A stretch of 64,000 bases of DNA from a virus (Duplodnaviria > Caudoviricetes), in the IMG/VR virus record IMGVR_UViG_2871760914_000003, positions 3,131 through 67,130 of that record. One strand, written 5' to 3'. Positions 1 to 9,661 of the stretch are shown piece by piece. The notes under the pieces were generated by a model, which was not told where the DNA came from, did no database searches, and saw only the letters and a list, made by a program, of their open reading frames with translations. Every line of letters begins with the position of its first letter. Within the stretch, counting starts at the first letter, position 1. Both the position numbers and the translations under genes were made by a program.

Positions 1-1245
1 CTTAAGCAGCGTCATGCCTTCCTGAAAGCGCTTGCCCTGCATGGTGGCAATCGACAGCTCGCGCACCATTGCGTTAGCCGAACTCGCCGCAATCTCAGAG
101 GTGGCACCGAGTGAAAGGAACGTTGAACCCAGCGCCGCCGCCTTGCGAAAGTCCAGCCGGTCGGCGTTGCCGCCCATGCGCTGCAGCACGTCGATAATGT
201 CCGCGCCTTTTGACATGGCGTTATCGTCTAAATAGTTCAGCGCATCGCCCAGCTGCTCAATATTGCGGGTCGGTATCTTGTAAAGCTGGCTGATTTTACC
301 CAGCCCCTCGGCCAGCTGGTCGGCGGGCAGCTCAAACGCCGTTGACGCCTTGGCCGCCGTGGTGGCAAAGGCCAGTAAGTCGCGCTTCTGGTCGGCGTAA
401 GAGTCATTCTGGTTGGTGACGCCCATGCGCGCGCCGCCCTCAACCAGCGCGGCATAGTCAACCGCGCCGTGCTCCATAGGCAGTTGCTCACTGGCGGCTT
501 TGATGGCGGCCTGCATGTCGTAAAACTGTGCGGTGCGGTTGCCCTTGTCATCGCGCAGGCCGTTGACCTGCTTAGCCACGCCCTTCATGGCGTCTTCCAT
601 ATCCGCCGACGCTTTGATAGCCGCCGCAAACGGTACGCCCATTGCCATGCCCGCCGCCGTGGCTGTCGCTCCTGCCCCGGCCACCCTGTCGCGGGCCTCC
701 AGCGTTTTGCCGTAGCGCTCACGCACCGCGCGCATTTTTGCCTGGCGCTCGCCCAGCTTTTTAAGCTCACGCTGCTGGCGCTCAATGGCGTCACTCGCTG
801 CGCTGGCGTCGGTTTTCAGTCGGCGCTGTGCCGCGCTCAGCTGCTTTGTGTCGATACCGGCGGCGGTCAGCGCGCCGCGCTGCTGCTGTACCGAGCGCAG
901 CAGGCCGTTGTAACTCTGCTGCAGGTCATTAACGCGGTTTTTTGCCTGTTCAAGCAAGCGGGCCTGTTGCGCCGTGGGGCGGTTGGTGGCGGCAAACTGC
1001 GTCGCCAGCGCGGCGGCCTCCTGTCGGGCAGAGGCGAGATTTTTTTCTGTGATGGCAAGCTGCTGGCGCGTTTTGCGAAAGCCGTCAATGCGCCCGGCCT
1101 GATCGTTCAGGCTTTTCAGGCTGTCTTTGCTGGCTTTAAGGGCGGCGGACAGCTCTCTGGAGCCGTCGCGCGCACTGCGGAAAGGGCGGGTGATTTTGTC
1201 CACCGCCTTAAGCACCACCTGCAGGCGCAGGTCTCTGTCACTCAT
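1..1245 (-). CDS. T: Tail tape measure protein (runs off the window edge)
   Basis: Read manually: ATG at 1245 gives MSDRDLRLQVVLKAVDKITRP, typical P2 gpT N-terminus; start overlaps the E' stop; absent from ORF track because no stop in window. Confidence 0.93.
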   Translation of the reverse strand, partial: MSDRDLRLQVVLKAVDKITRPFRSARDGSRELSAALKASKDSLKSLNDQAGRIDGFRKTRQQLAITEKNLASARQEAAALATQFAATNRPTAQQARLLEQAKNRVNDLQQSYNGLLRSVQQQRGALTAAGIDTKQLSAAQRRLKTDASAASDAIERQQRELKKLGERQAKMRAVRERYGKTLEARDRVAGAGATATAAGMAMGVPFAAAIKASADMEDAMKGVAKQVNGLRDDKGNRTAQFYDMQAAIKAASEQLPMEHGAVDYAALVEGGARMGVTNQNDSYADQKRDLLAFATTAAKASTAFELPADQLAEGLGKISQLYKIPTRNIEQLGDALNYLDDNAMSKGADIIDVLQRMGGNADRLDFRKAAALGSTFLSLGATSEIAASSANAMVRELSIATMQGKRFQEGMTLLK

Positions 1246-1360
1246 CGTCACCGGCTCCGTTACGCAGGATCGCTTTGTGCCGCCACATCAGCACGTCCGC
1301 CAGTGACTCCGCGAACATGACCGGCGGCGGCCAGTGAAACACGGTGGCGATGTCTGCCAC
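1238..1360 (-). CDS. gpE' tail assembly chaperone extension (-1 frameshift product)
   Basis: VADIATVFHWPPPVMFAESLADVLMWRHKAILRNGAGDDE*, P2 E' family, between E and T. Confidence 0.88.
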   Translation of the reverse strand: MADIATVFHWPPPVMFAESLADVLMWRHKAILRNGAGDDE

Positions 1361-1374
1361 CAGATCGTCAACCG

Positions 1375-1677
1375 TCAGGCCGTCAGGAAACCCGACGTCG
1401 CCGACTTCGGTAACAAAAAAGTGACCACCTCCACCGACAGCGCCACCAGATCGGCGGGGTCCATTTCGTTGATTTCCTGTACAGTCAGCGCAGGCGTTGA
1501 CACGCGCGGCAGTACGGCCATCACCGCATTGACGTCCATTTCCATCAACGCCTGCAGACGCACGCCGCGCAGCGCGCCGGACTGCGGTTTGCGCAGAACA
1601 ATGGTTTTGATTTCTGTTTTACCGCGCTTGATTGGGGTGTCCAGGGTGACGGTTTTTTCGCTGATGATTTCGCTCAT
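1375..1677 (-). CDS. E: Tail assembly chaperone gpE
   Basis: VTLDTPIKRG...LRKPQSGALRGV...MDPADL motif, downstream of FII. Confidence 0.93.
   Translation of the reverse strand: MSEIISEKTVTLDTPIKRGKTEIKTIVLRKPQSGALRGVRLQALMEMDVNAVMAVLPRVSTPALTVQEINEMDPADLVALSVEVVTFLLPKSATSGFLTA
1414..1420 (-). other. Programmed -1 frameshift slippery site TTTTTTG (E/E')
   Basis: Plus strand caaaaaa near the 3' end of E; same heptamer as P2 and as at 47362-47368. Confidence 0.85.
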
Positions 1678-1735
1678 GTTTTTAATCCACTGAATAAAAT
1701 TGATAAAAGCAGCAGGCCAGCGCCTGCCGCCGTGA

Positions 1736-2251
1736 TTACAGGCCCAGCGCGCTGCGGTGCTTTTCCATCATGTCCTTGCCGTCCACGATGTGAACCATGT
1801 TGACCAGATCCACCTCAAGCAGCACTTCGCCGTTAATGGTCAGCTTGGCGTAGCTGTTGGTTGCGGAAACCTTGGTCGTATTGGCGTCACCGGTTTTCCA
1901 CTCGCCGGAATCCAGCTCCTTGTAGCGCCCGCGCGTGACCAGCTCCACCGCCTGCACCTCGCCGGTGTCGTCACGCTGGATTGAGCCGGTAAAGCGCAGC
2001 TGCACCGCGTCTACGGTTTCCGCGCCCAGCTGCTTAAACAGCAGCGCCTCAGTGCCGCCGACGGTAAATTCCGTGTCCAGCGCGCCATCGTCCAGGCCCA
2101 TATCTATATCGACGGCACCGGCCATGCCGCCGCCGCGGTACTTTTCAAACTTGCGGGTAAGCTTTGGCAGCGTCAGGGACTCAACCAGCCCCTGCCAGTT
2201 GTTGCCTGCGTTGAACAGGTTCAGGTGTTTTAACTTACGGGGTAAGGCCAT
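1736..2251 (-). CDS. FII: Tail tube protein
   Basis: MALPRKLKHLNLF...YRGGGM, P2 FII family. Confidence 0.96.
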   Translation of the reverse strand: MALPRKLKHLNLFNAGNNWQGLVESLTLPKLTRKFEKYRGGGMAGAVDIDMGLDDGALDTEFTVGGTEALLFKQLGAETVDAVQLRFTGSIQRDDTGEVQAVELVTRGRYKELDSGEWKTGDANTTKVSATNSYAKLTINGEVLLEVDLVNMVHIVDGKDMMEKHRSALGL

Positions 2252-2263
2252 GTATTCAGCTCC

Positions 2264-3436
2264 TTATGCTTTAACGCTGGCGGCGAAGTTGACCAGATAC
2301 TGGTCAGTAATGCGCTGGCGCAGCATCAGGTTTTCCAGCGGCGGGACCGGCGTGTAGTCGTAGTCAATAAACAGCTGTCCTGCCTTGAGCGTCTCTTTGG
2401 TGTTCACCGAGTCATCCAGCCAGCAGCTGGCGCCGATGAGATAGCCCTGATTCACCAGGCTGCGCAGCTTCGCGTTGATGCCTTCGATAATGTCGCGGGC
2501 AAGCGACGGATTAAGCGGCCCGTCAACGGCCCACATCTGCGCCTCGGCCATCGTGTCGGCCAGCACCTGCGCCGTGCGGGTGTAGGTTTCGAACTGAAAG
2601 AGCGGGTCATCACTCAGGCAGCGTGAACCCCAAAAACGGAAGCCGTCTTTACGGATCAGCGTGGTGACGTCGTTCTGGTTCAGCAGGCCCGCATCGGTTG
2701 CCGGATCCTGCAAGTCCCACGACACGTCTTTAGAAATGCCGGTGACGCCATTGACACCGACGTTTGACAGGGACTTGTGCCAGCCGGTTGTTTCGTCAAT
2801 TCTGGCGCGCAGGCCGAGCGCACGGGCGGTGGCATACGCCGCCGCATCGGCTTTCAGCACGGTGTCAAAGCTGATGAAGTCAGGCCAGATGAGCATCCCT
2901 TCGCGCTGGCTGAAATTGGCGCGGTAGGCGATGACCTCGGACACGGTTTTGCAGCCGTAAGCCGCAATATACGCAAAGGCTTTCAGGCTCTGCGCCACGC
3001 TCAGCAGCTCGGTTGCCACGGCCTTGGTGTCATGCCCCGGCACGCCGAGGATGCGCGGCTTCACGCCGCAAACGGTCTGCGCGGCCAGCAGGGCTTTCAT
3101 GCCGGTGCGCATCCCGTCTGCGGTCACGCCGCCGATGATGTTGGATGTGGTTTCCGCCTCGGTTTCGCCCTGCGCCACGCGCACGACGACGACGAGCGGT
3201 TTTGCCTGGTCGGCGATGGCGTCCAGTGAGGCGGCCAGCGTACCGGTTTTACCGGCCTTGCCGATGGCGGTTGTGACATCAGTGAGTAAAACGGGACGGT
3301 TGAGCGGGAACGTTGCCGCGTCTGCGTCGTCGCCGGTGCAGACCATCCCGATGATGGCCGTGCTGACGGTGGTAATGGTTCGGGTGCCTTCGTTAACTTC
3401 AATAACGCGCACGCCGTGATGATAGTCCTGTGCCAT
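2264..3436 (-). CDS. FI: Tail sheath protein
   Basis: [15 protein letters not shown]...GFRFWGSR...[14 protein letters not shown]2 FI family. Confidence 0.97.
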   Translation of the reverse strand: MAQDYHHGVRVIEVNEGTRTITTVSTAIIGMVCTGDDADAATFPLNRPVLLTDVTTAIGKAGKTGTLAASLDAIADQAKPLVVVVRVAQGETEAETTSNIIGGVTADGMRTGMKALLAAQTVCGVKPRILGVPGHDTKAVATELLSVAQSLKAFAYIAAYGCKTVSEVIAYRANFSQREGMLIWPDFISFDTVLKADAAAYATARALGLRARIDETTGWHKSLSNVGVNGVTGISKDVSWDLQDPATDAGLLNQNDVTTLIRKDGFRFWGSRCLSDDPLFQFETYTRTAQVLADTMAEAQMWAVDGPLNPSLARDIIEGINAKLRSLVNQGYLIGASCWLDDSVNTKETLKAGQLFIDYDYTPVPPLENLMLRQRITDQYLVNFAASVKA

Positions 3437-3506
3437 GTAACGGATCTCCGGTTAAGGGGTTCCGCTATGGTGTAAGGGATGAGGCGCAGGCGCACCCTGC
3501 GGCCAT

Positions 3507-3524
3507 TGTCTGGCGAATGACACA
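3507..3524 (-). promoter_or_regulatory. Ogr/B-type late activator site (pF)
   Basis: TGT-N12-ACA (TGTCTGGCGAATGACACA) ~70 nt upstream of the FI start; established P2 late-promoter consensus. Confidence 0.75.
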
Positions 3525-3553
3525 AAGGAAAAAGGCCCGAAACGGGCCTCTTA

Positions 3554-4156
3554 TTATGACGCGGGCTTTTCCGGCCAGCTGATGTCCGGCGCGCTGGCCG
3601 TGTCGGTAGCCTGCACCTGCTGGATGTAGCGCATCCATGCCGTAAGCTGCGCTTTGTCGTCCGCGCTGATGATGCCGAGCGCCAGCTGCGTCTGCCAGAC
3701 CTGCGTCACGCTGCCCGCCTCGCTGATGCGGCTGCTTTTCTCAGCCTCTGCCGTTGCCACGGCGGCGCGCTGCTGTGCGGCGGTGTCCGTCACCCATGCC
3801 ACGCCGCCCCATGTGTCAAAGGGCGTCTGCGGTTTAAGCAGCGTCGTGTCTGCCGGGTAATCACCGGGCAGCGTGACCAGCACCGGCGCGCCGGTCGCGG
3901 TGCTGTAGACGGTTTCGCCGCGATGGTCGTCTACCTGCTGCCATTTGCCGCCCCTGAACACGCACACTTTACCGATGGGCGCATCGGGCGGCGCAGTATC
4001 GGTGGAATGTGCCGGAATACCCAGCCCCTGCGCCAGATACTCATCTGCCCCACCGGAAAACTCGCCCGTTTCGGGATGAAAGCTGTAAACGGTCAGTGTG
4101 CCAGCCGTCACAGCCAGCCCGCTGTCGTCCAGGGTAACGCGCTTTTTTGCGGCCAT
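3554..4156 (-). CDS. G: Tail fibre assembly chaperone (Tfa/gpG)
   Basis: DHRGETVYST...WMRYIQQVQATDT..PDISWPEKP, Tfa family; follows H. Confidence 0.92.
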   Translation of the reverse strand: MAAKKRVTLDDSGLAVTAGTLTVYSFHPETGEFSGGADEYLAQGLGIPAHSTDTAPPDAPIGKVCVFRGGKWQQVDDHRGETVYSTATGAPVLVTLPGDYPADTTLLKPQTPFDTWGGVAWVTDTAAQQRAAVATAEAEKSSRISEAGSVTQVWQTQLALGIISADDKAQLTAWMRYIQQVQATDTASAPDISWPEKPAS

Positions 4157-5457
4157 TATGCAGCCCTCACGATGTAGTTAAATGCAATGTTGCGGGGGCG
4201 GGAATATCCCAGATACTGCATACCGGTGCCGCCCCTGGCGGTGGCGTTCCACGTCGAAATGCCGCTGTCGGCGGTACTCCTTGCGCGGGGTGCGTCGCCG
4301 TTATTCTCTGTTGCGTCCCATCCCAGCAGGCCGATGTCGTTTACAGAAAACTGCACCACGCGGTCCACATTGGCGAGTGCCTCCTGCAACAGGTAAGAGC
4401 CTTTCTGCCATGACAGCAGCTCACGCCCTGCGTCTACGTTGCGTCCGCCGTCCCAGCCGCGAATAAACTCGCCGCGCAGATCAGGCAGTTTCAGCGACGG
4501 ATAGGCTTTCGCCAGTTGCGGATAGGCGGTTGCGCTGAATGTCGCACCGTTGCACCGGAACCAGCCTACCGGCGGCGTCGCCAGCGGCCACGGCACCGGC
4601 ACCCCGACCGGCAGCGCGGAGCCGCTCCCCAGCCCGAGGTTGTTGAGAAAATCGGGCACGCTGGCGATGTCGCTGCCGTTTTTAGCGATGTCCATTTTAC
4701 CGGCCAGCCTGTTAAGCACCGTGGTGGAAAAATTCGCATCACCGCCCAGCGCGTCGGCCAGCTCTTTGAGCGTGTCGAGGGCTTCGGGCGCACCGCCTGC
4801 CAGCGCCGCCAGCGCCGCCTGCACAAAGGCCGTGTTTGCCATCTGCGTGTTGTTCGTGCCGGGGGCAGCCGTGGGCGCTTTCGGGGTGCCGGTCAGCACC
4901 GGGCTGTTAACCGGAGCATACTGCGGGTGCGGGTTGGTCGCTTTCAGGTGCGCGTCCATCAGGCCATCGGCGTACTGGCGCACCTCCAGCGCTTTGTCAT
5001 CCACGTACTGGCGGGTCGCCAGCACCACCGACGGATCGATTTTCAGCGTAATGGCGTCCGTGCTGTTCACAATCAGGATCATGCGCACGGTCTGCGTGCG
5101 CCCGCTGCCCTCCTGCAGGGCGGGCTTGTAGGTTTCCGGCGTGTTGCAGACCGCAATCAGCGTGCCGTCAGCATCAAACAGGCCCATTTCCCTGATCCAG
5201 AAACCACCCTCGGTTTCGGGGATGACCTGCTCGGCAATCACCTGGCTGGTATTGGTCGAGTCGATGCTCAGCGTGTTAATGGCCGCCCGACGTGTTTCGT
5301 TAATCAGCCGGGTCTGGCTGGCGTTCGGCGTCGGCAGCGTGCCGCCCCCGTCGCCCACGGCCATCTGTGTGATGTTCAGTTTAGTGCCGAGCGCGGCAGC
5401 GTTGGCAATCTTCGCCGCGCCGAGGTTGGTCACTATGGCGTAATATTTCTGGCTCAT
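4156..5457 (-). CDS. H: Tail fibre protein with collar domain
   Basis: P2 H N-terminus (KYYAIVTNLGAAKIANAAALG); collar motif LPVGVPVPWP...PDLRGEFIRGWD; C-terminus RPRNIAFNYIVRAA. Confidence 0.95.
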   Translation of the reverse strand: MSQKYYAIVTNLGAAKIANAAALGTKLNITQMAVGDGGGTLPTPNASQTRLINETRRAAINTLSIDSTNTSQVIAEQVIPETEGGFWIREMGLFDADGTLIAVCNTPETYKPALQEGSGRTQTVRMILIVNSTDAITLKIDPSVVLATRQYVDDKALEVRQYADGLMDAHLKATNPHPQYAPVNSPVLTGTPKAPTAAPGTNNTQMANTAFVQAALAALAGGAPEALDTLKELADALGGDANFSTTVLNRLAGKMDIAKNGSDIASVPDFLNNLGLGSGSALPVGVPVPWPLATPPVGWFRCNGATFSATAYPQLAKAYPSLKLPDLRGEFIRGWDGGRNVDAGRELLSWQKGSYLLQEALANVDRVVQFSVNDIGLLGWDATENNGDAPRARSTADSGISTWNATARGGTGMQYLGYSRPRNIAFNYIVRAA

Positions 5458-6065
5458 GGTCTGATTTCCATCATGTCAGTAACGTAAACCGCCGCGCCGC
5501 TGTAAAGCTGGCCCGCGACGGAAATGTTTTCGGGGGTGTAGGGGTAGACGGTCATCGCGTCACCGTCGTAGCTACCTGCCGCAATGCGGGTTTCGCCCGT
5601 CACCTGCAGGTTTATCGACATCCCCAGCAGGTGACGGCTGCAGGGTCTGGCATCGCTGATAAGGCGTTCAAGCTCTAAATAGGTTTGCTCGGTAATGCCC
5701 TGGTCCTGCACGCCAATATCCAGGCGAAACGTGCCAGGCGCTTCGCCGGTTTTCCACCACTCCAGCACGCGGATCAGAAAGCCGAACGGCTCCACCACGC
5801 GGCGCACGGCGCTGATGGTGCCTTTATGCTGATGGACGTAAAACGCATCCATCACCACGCGGCGTTTAACGGTTTCTGTCCAGGCTTCGTCCCAGCGGTC
5901 CACCGAAAATGACCAGGCAAGGTAAGGCAGAAACCGCACCGGACAGGTGGCAGGGTTCCACAGGTCGCGCAGCGGAACGTCCAGCCCGCTGATGCTGCTG
6001 CACGCCTGCGCCAGCCTGCGCTCAAGCGCCGAGGACGCGGGCGGTAACAGGCTCTGACTCATCAT
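5454..6065 (-). CDS. I: Baseplate/tail protein I
   Basis: LLPPASSALERRLA...LPYLAWSFSVDRWD. Confidence 0.95.
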   Translation of the reverse strand: MMSQSLLPPASSALERRLAQACSSISGLDVPLRDLWNPATCPVRFLPYLAWSFSVDRWDEAWTETVKRRVVMDAFYVHQHKGTISAVRRVVEPFGFLIRVLEWWKTGEAPGTFRLDIGVQDQGITEQTYLELERLISDARPCSRHLLGMSINLQVTGETRIAAGSYDGDAMTVYPYTPENISVAGQLYSGAAVYVTDMMEIRP

Positions 6066-6976
6066 TTCCCCCCGTTATCGCTGGCAACCGTCACGGCCAC
6101 CGCCGTGCAGTTGCCCGCCTGCGTGCGGTCCAGAATGATGTCCTTAGCCGGTTCGCTGATGTCCACCCAGTCCACGCCCGCCACACGCAGCACCGCCCCG
6201 TAAGACTCGCGCCGCACACTGCGGCCCAGCTTTTTCTGGTCGGTCAGGTAAGCGGTCATTGCGGCCTGTGCTGCCTCCAGACACGGGGCGGCGGCCACGC
6301 CGTCAAACAGGTGCAGCGTGGCTTTAACCTGATAGTCGAATATCGTTGCGGCCTGCACCGTCACGCGGTCAGCCACCGGGCGCACGGTTTCGGCGTTTAG
6401 CGCGGCGTTCACTGCATTCAGTAAATCGTCCGTTGCCGCGCCGCTGTTTTCACGGTTCAGCACGGTAATCAGCACTTCCGCCGGGGCCGGACTCGTTGCC
6501 GACACGTCGGATACGCGCCCGTCGGCGCTTTTGGCGTAATACTCATACGCCGCCGTCGGCCCGGCCACGCTCAGCCCCTCAAACGCCCCCGGCACGCGCA
6601 GGCGTAAATCGTCGTCGGACTCCATGACTGCGGCCACGGGCGGCACGGCGTCAGGATTGGCCGGGGTAATGGTCAGGCGCTTAACGTTGTTGTTGGCCGC
6701 CAGCTGATCCAGATCGGTGCCTAGCGCATAGGCCACCATAACCGCCTGCGCGGCCTCGTTGATGCGCTGGCGCAACAGGATTTCGCGGTAGACGTTTTCC
6801 TGCAGACACTTGACCAGCGGATCGGATTCCAGCGCCAGCACGCTGCGCATGGCGGCCTGTTCATCTGCCGGATACAGCGCAATCAGATTTTCTTTACGCT
6901 CTGCCAGCAGCGTTTCAAAGTCCGGCACCTCAATGACTTCCGGCGCGGGAAGCTGCGATAGGTCAATCACTGCCAC
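6062..6976 (-). CDS. J: Baseplate J protein
   Basis: IDLSQLPAPEVIE...SVAGPTAAYEY...VRPVADRVTV. Confidence 0.96.
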   Translation of the reverse strand: MAVIDLSQLPAPEVIEVPDFETLLAERKENLIALYPADEQAAMRSVLALESDPLVKCLQENVYREILLRQRINEAAQAVMVAYALGTDLDQLAANNNVKRLTITPANPDAVPPVAAVMESDDDLRLRVPGAFEGLSVAGPTAAYEYYAKSADGRVSDVSATSPAPAEVLITVLNRENSGAATDDLLNAVNAALNAETVRPVADRVTVQAATIFDYQVKATLHLFDGVAAAPCLEAAQAAMTAYLTDQKKLGRSVRRESYGAVLRVAGVDWVDISEPAKDIILDRTQAGNCTAVAVTVASDNGGK

Positions 6977-7319
6977 GGTTCACCCCCGTTGGTATGGTCA
7001 TTGCCAGCGGCGAGCCGTCGGCACGCTGTGCGTTAATCTCAACGGCCATTGAACCGTCATAAGCCGTAGTGAAATTCACTGAAATCAGCCGGATGCGCGG
7101 CTCCCAGCGGCTCAGTGCGGTGTAAGCTGCCGCCATGACCTGCATACGGGTGACGCCGTTCTGCGGCTGGTCGATGAGCGCGGAAAGCATGGAGCCGTAT
7201 TCGCGGCGCGCCAGGCGGCTGCCCTCCGGGGTCAGCAGGATATCGCTGACGCTCTGGCGAATGTGATCGATATCGGTAAGCGCTTTGCCGGTGTCGCGGT
7301 TCATGCCGAGATACATCAC
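6963..7319 (-). CDS. W: Baseplate wedge W (gp25-like)
   Basis: HIRQSVSDILLTPEGSR...RREYGS...WEPRI. Confidence 0.95.
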   Translation of the reverse strand: MMYLGMNRDTGKALTDIDHIRQSVSDILLTPEGSRLARREYGSMLSALIDQPQNGVTRMQVMAAAYTALSRWEPRIRLISVNFTTAYDGSMAVEINAQRADGSPLAMTIPTGVNRGSD

Positions 7320-7894
7320 GCCGGGCCTCCTGATGTGTCAGTGCCAAACTTAACGCCGCCGTGCTGATGCGTATGCACCACGACGCCGTTAGAACTCATA
7401 TCACCGCCGCTCTGTGTGACTGCGCCGTTAATGGCCGTTTCACTGTTGAGGGTTGTTTTACTGGCATCAACGCCGAAAGCCTCAGTAAACAGCTGAATGC
7501 CGTCCGCCGCTTCGATGCGCAGGCTTTTGATGTTCTTTATCAGCAGCTGGCCGGTTGCCGGTTCGTACTGAAAAAAACCGCCGTCGCTGAACTGCGTGGT
7601 ACTGCCGTTCTCTGAATAATCCGGTGGCGGGAATGTATCGGAATAGATGGCGGGCAGCGCAAAGGCGGTTTCTAGATTGCCGCCCATACTCAGCAACATG
7701 ACCTGTTCGCCAACGGTAGGCTGCCACCATGTGCGCGTGTTACCGGCGCGCAGGGTGAGCCAGTTAATCCAGTTGGTTTCGAGGTCGCCCGTTTTCACCC
7801 GGCACAGCCAGTTAACCGGATCGACGTCGGACACGGTGCCGGTGCGGATCATATTGGTGATGAGGCGCATGATTTCGGTAAGTTTTTCGTTCAT
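7316..7894 (-). CDS. V: Baseplate spike V
   Basis: IRTGTVSDVD...RAGNTRTWWQPTVGEQV...HTHQHGGV (iron-binding HxH tip). Confidence 0.95.
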   Translation of the reverse strand: MNEKLTEIMRLITNMIRTGTVSDVDPVNWLCRVKTGDLETNWINWLTLRAGNTRTWWQPTVGEQVMLLSMGGNLETAFALPAIYSDTFPPPDYSENGSTTQFSDGGFFQYEPATGQLLIKNIKSLRIEAADGIQLFTEAFGVDASKTTLNSETAINGAVTQSGGDMSSNGVVVHTHQHGGVKFGTDTSGGPA

Positions 7895-7941
7895 AACGCG
7901 AGACTGACACTTGCGCAGAAAGGTGGCATCAAAATGCCGTT

Positions 7942-7959
7942 GTTTGATTAATGGTACAA
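7942..7959 (-). promoter_or_regulatory. Ogr/B-type late activator site (pV)
   Basis: TGTTTGATTAATGGTACA = TGT-N12-ACA, 48 nt upstream of V. Confidence 0.75.
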
Positions 7960-7984
7960 TGCGGATTCAACCCGTCAGGAGAAT

Positions 7985-8245
7985 GTGAAAATGCCTACAT
8001 ATCGAATTGATATACCCGCAAGCGGAAAGGTTCTTGCTCAAGCGCTTGAGCATGACTCAGACGACGTGACGCTTCTATTTGACAAAGATGGTGCGCGCCT
8101 TGTGGATGGTGTCTCTAAACAAGGGGTAAGCGCTTTATCTGATAATGCTGATTTTGCACACGTTATGGATCTCATTGTCGGAAAATCCTTAACAGGCATT
8201 TACCCCAACCACCAACCAGGAAGGCACGCACTTGTGTTTAGTTGA
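7985..8245 (+). CDS. Hypothetical moron protein between S and V
   Basis: 86-aa ORF antisense to the tail operon, lower GC, RBS-like AGGAGAA upstream; no family recognised. Confidence 0.6.
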   Translation: MKMPTYRIDIPASGKVLAQALEHDSDDVTLLFDKDGARLVDGVSKQGVSALSDNADFAHVMDLIVGKSLTGIYPNHQPGRHALVFS

Positions 8246-8254
8246 ATAAAAAAT

Positions 8255-8701
8255 TCATTCATCTAACCATCTGTAAAGTATGTCCTTTACCAAAGTCTCC
8301 GTTTCTCCGTTCACGCCCAGCAATGGGCGCTCTGCGTATTTCACCGTAATGCCTCTCCTGCTAACCCGGTCACGCAGGCCGTAATGGTGAACGCGGGCCA
8401 GACGCTGCACGGCAGGAATGAAAGCCACTTCTGCACTGTCGCCGGTTGCCTTTGTCTTGAGATACTTTGCTGTCTTTAGCTTCACAAACATCTTGCGCTT
8501 GATGCGCCCCGGCTTTGTCCTGGCGGATATGCGGCGCGGTTCCCATGCGCTGCCATCCGGCGCACGCTGTGCCGTCATGCTGGCCTGCTGAATCCGCCGC
8601 ACATCGCATGCCACCTCGCGCAGCATCTTTTTGCGCTCTGCCGGTTCCAGCTTAGCCAGCAGCGCATCCAGCCAGGCGTCAACCTCGTGCAGATTATCCA
8701 C
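8255..8701 (-). CDS. S: Tail completion protein S
   Basis: QRAPDGSAWEPRR...RLARVHHYGLRDRV...YAERPLLG. Confidence 0.93.
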   Translation of the reverse strand: MDNLHEVDAWLDALLAKLEPAERKKMLREVACDVRRIQQASMTAQRAPDGSAWEPRRISARTKPGRIKRKMFVKLKTAKYLKTKATGDSAEVAFIPAVQRLARVHHYGLRDRVSRRGITVKYAERPLLGVNGETETLVKDILYRWLDE

Positions 8702-9134
8702 GGCTCACCGTCCAGGCTTCGTCCGTTTCAAAAGGGTTACCCGGCTCCGGCACGGCTCTGACCTCTGTCACGCCGTTGACTTCCTCGGCGATAACCCGTT
8801 CTGTCAGCTTTAAATTAATGCTGATGTCGCAGGCACCGTTACCGAGAATGTCCACCTCAAACGTGCAAAGCTGTTCGCGCTCATTGGGATTCTGCAGCGC
8901 GTCGGGCTGGTTGGTGCGCAGCCAGTACATTACCGCCGCCATCAGCAGGTTTTGGTCGCCGGTGAAGTCCGTAATCACCACATTCAGCGTGTAGCGGTAT
9001 TCCCACGACAGCGAGGCGGCAGCAGTCCCGACTGATGTCCCTTTGTCCACAAACAGGTGAAACCGGTCAGGGTTTTGCTGCAGGTAAGGGATGGCGCTGT
9101 TAAGGGCTTCGCGTAAGGACTGCGGCTTGTTCAT
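8694..9134 (-). CDS. R: Tail completion/terminator protein R
   Basis: MNKPQSLREAL...WEYRYTLNVVITDF...WLRTNQPD...LKLTERV. Confidence 0.94.
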   Translation of the reverse strand: MNKPQSLREALNSAIPYLQQNPDRFHLFVDKGTSVGTAAASLSWEYRYTLNVVITDFTGDQNLLMAAVMYWLRTNQPDALQNPNEREQLCTFEVDILGNGACDISINLKLTERVIAEEVNGVTEVRAVPEPGNPFETDEAWTVSRG

Positions 9135-9381
9135 CGTCTTTTTCCTGGCAGGTTACTATGGTGTCCACCTTGTCGGCGCAGGCCGCCCAGGCGGTTTCTG
9201 TTTCATCCAGCAGGGTCAGCAGATCGCCGTTAGTGCGCGCCGCCGACGGCCCCAGCTGGCAGCGGGTTATTTTGGGACAGCCACTGACGGTAAGATTCAC
9301 CTCCGGTGATGGCCGGTCGCTGGCGCAGCCGGACAGCAGCATCAGGCAGAGGGGTATCAGACCAGCGGCGAAGGGCGTCAT
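9100..9381 (-). CDS. lysC: Outer-membrane spanin lipoprotein
   Basis: Lipobox LLSGC, overlaps LysB, CPKITRC...NGDL motif. Confidence 0.85.
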   Translation of the reverse strand: MTPFAAGLIPLCLMLLSGCASDRPSPEVNLTVSGCPKITRCQLGPSAARTNGDLLTLLDETETAWAACADKVDTIVTCQEKDDEQAAVLTRSP

Positions 9382-9661
9382 TTTCACGTTTCAGATCCTC
9401 AGTCTGGCGCTGCCGCTGGCGCAGCAGTGCGTTGTTTTTTTCAGCCGCCGCATACAGCTGCGTCTGTGCATGGTTGCTGCTCTGCGCCAGGATGTTGACC
9501 GCCATCAGCTGGCTGTTTTTCTGGCTCAGCTTTTTATCCTTTGCGGCCAGCTCTGCCGCCTGCGTGCCGATAGTCCTGTTTGCGCTGTGCAGCTGCCACG
9601 ACAGCAGCCCGGCAGTCACCAGCAGCACGACAAAGCAGGTCACCACAACGGCGCGCATCAT
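9230..9661 (-). CDS. lysB: Inner-membrane spanin
   Basis: N-terminal TM helix, coiled coil, WSDTPLPDAAVRL motif. Confidence 0.88.
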   Translation of the reverse strand: MMRAVVVTCFVVLLVTAGLLSWQLHSANRTIGTQAAELAAKDKKLSQKNSQLMAVNILAQSSNHAQTQLYAAAEKNNALLRQRQRQTEDLKRENDALRRWSDTPLPDAAVRLRQRPAITGGESYRQWLSQNNPLPAGAVGGAH

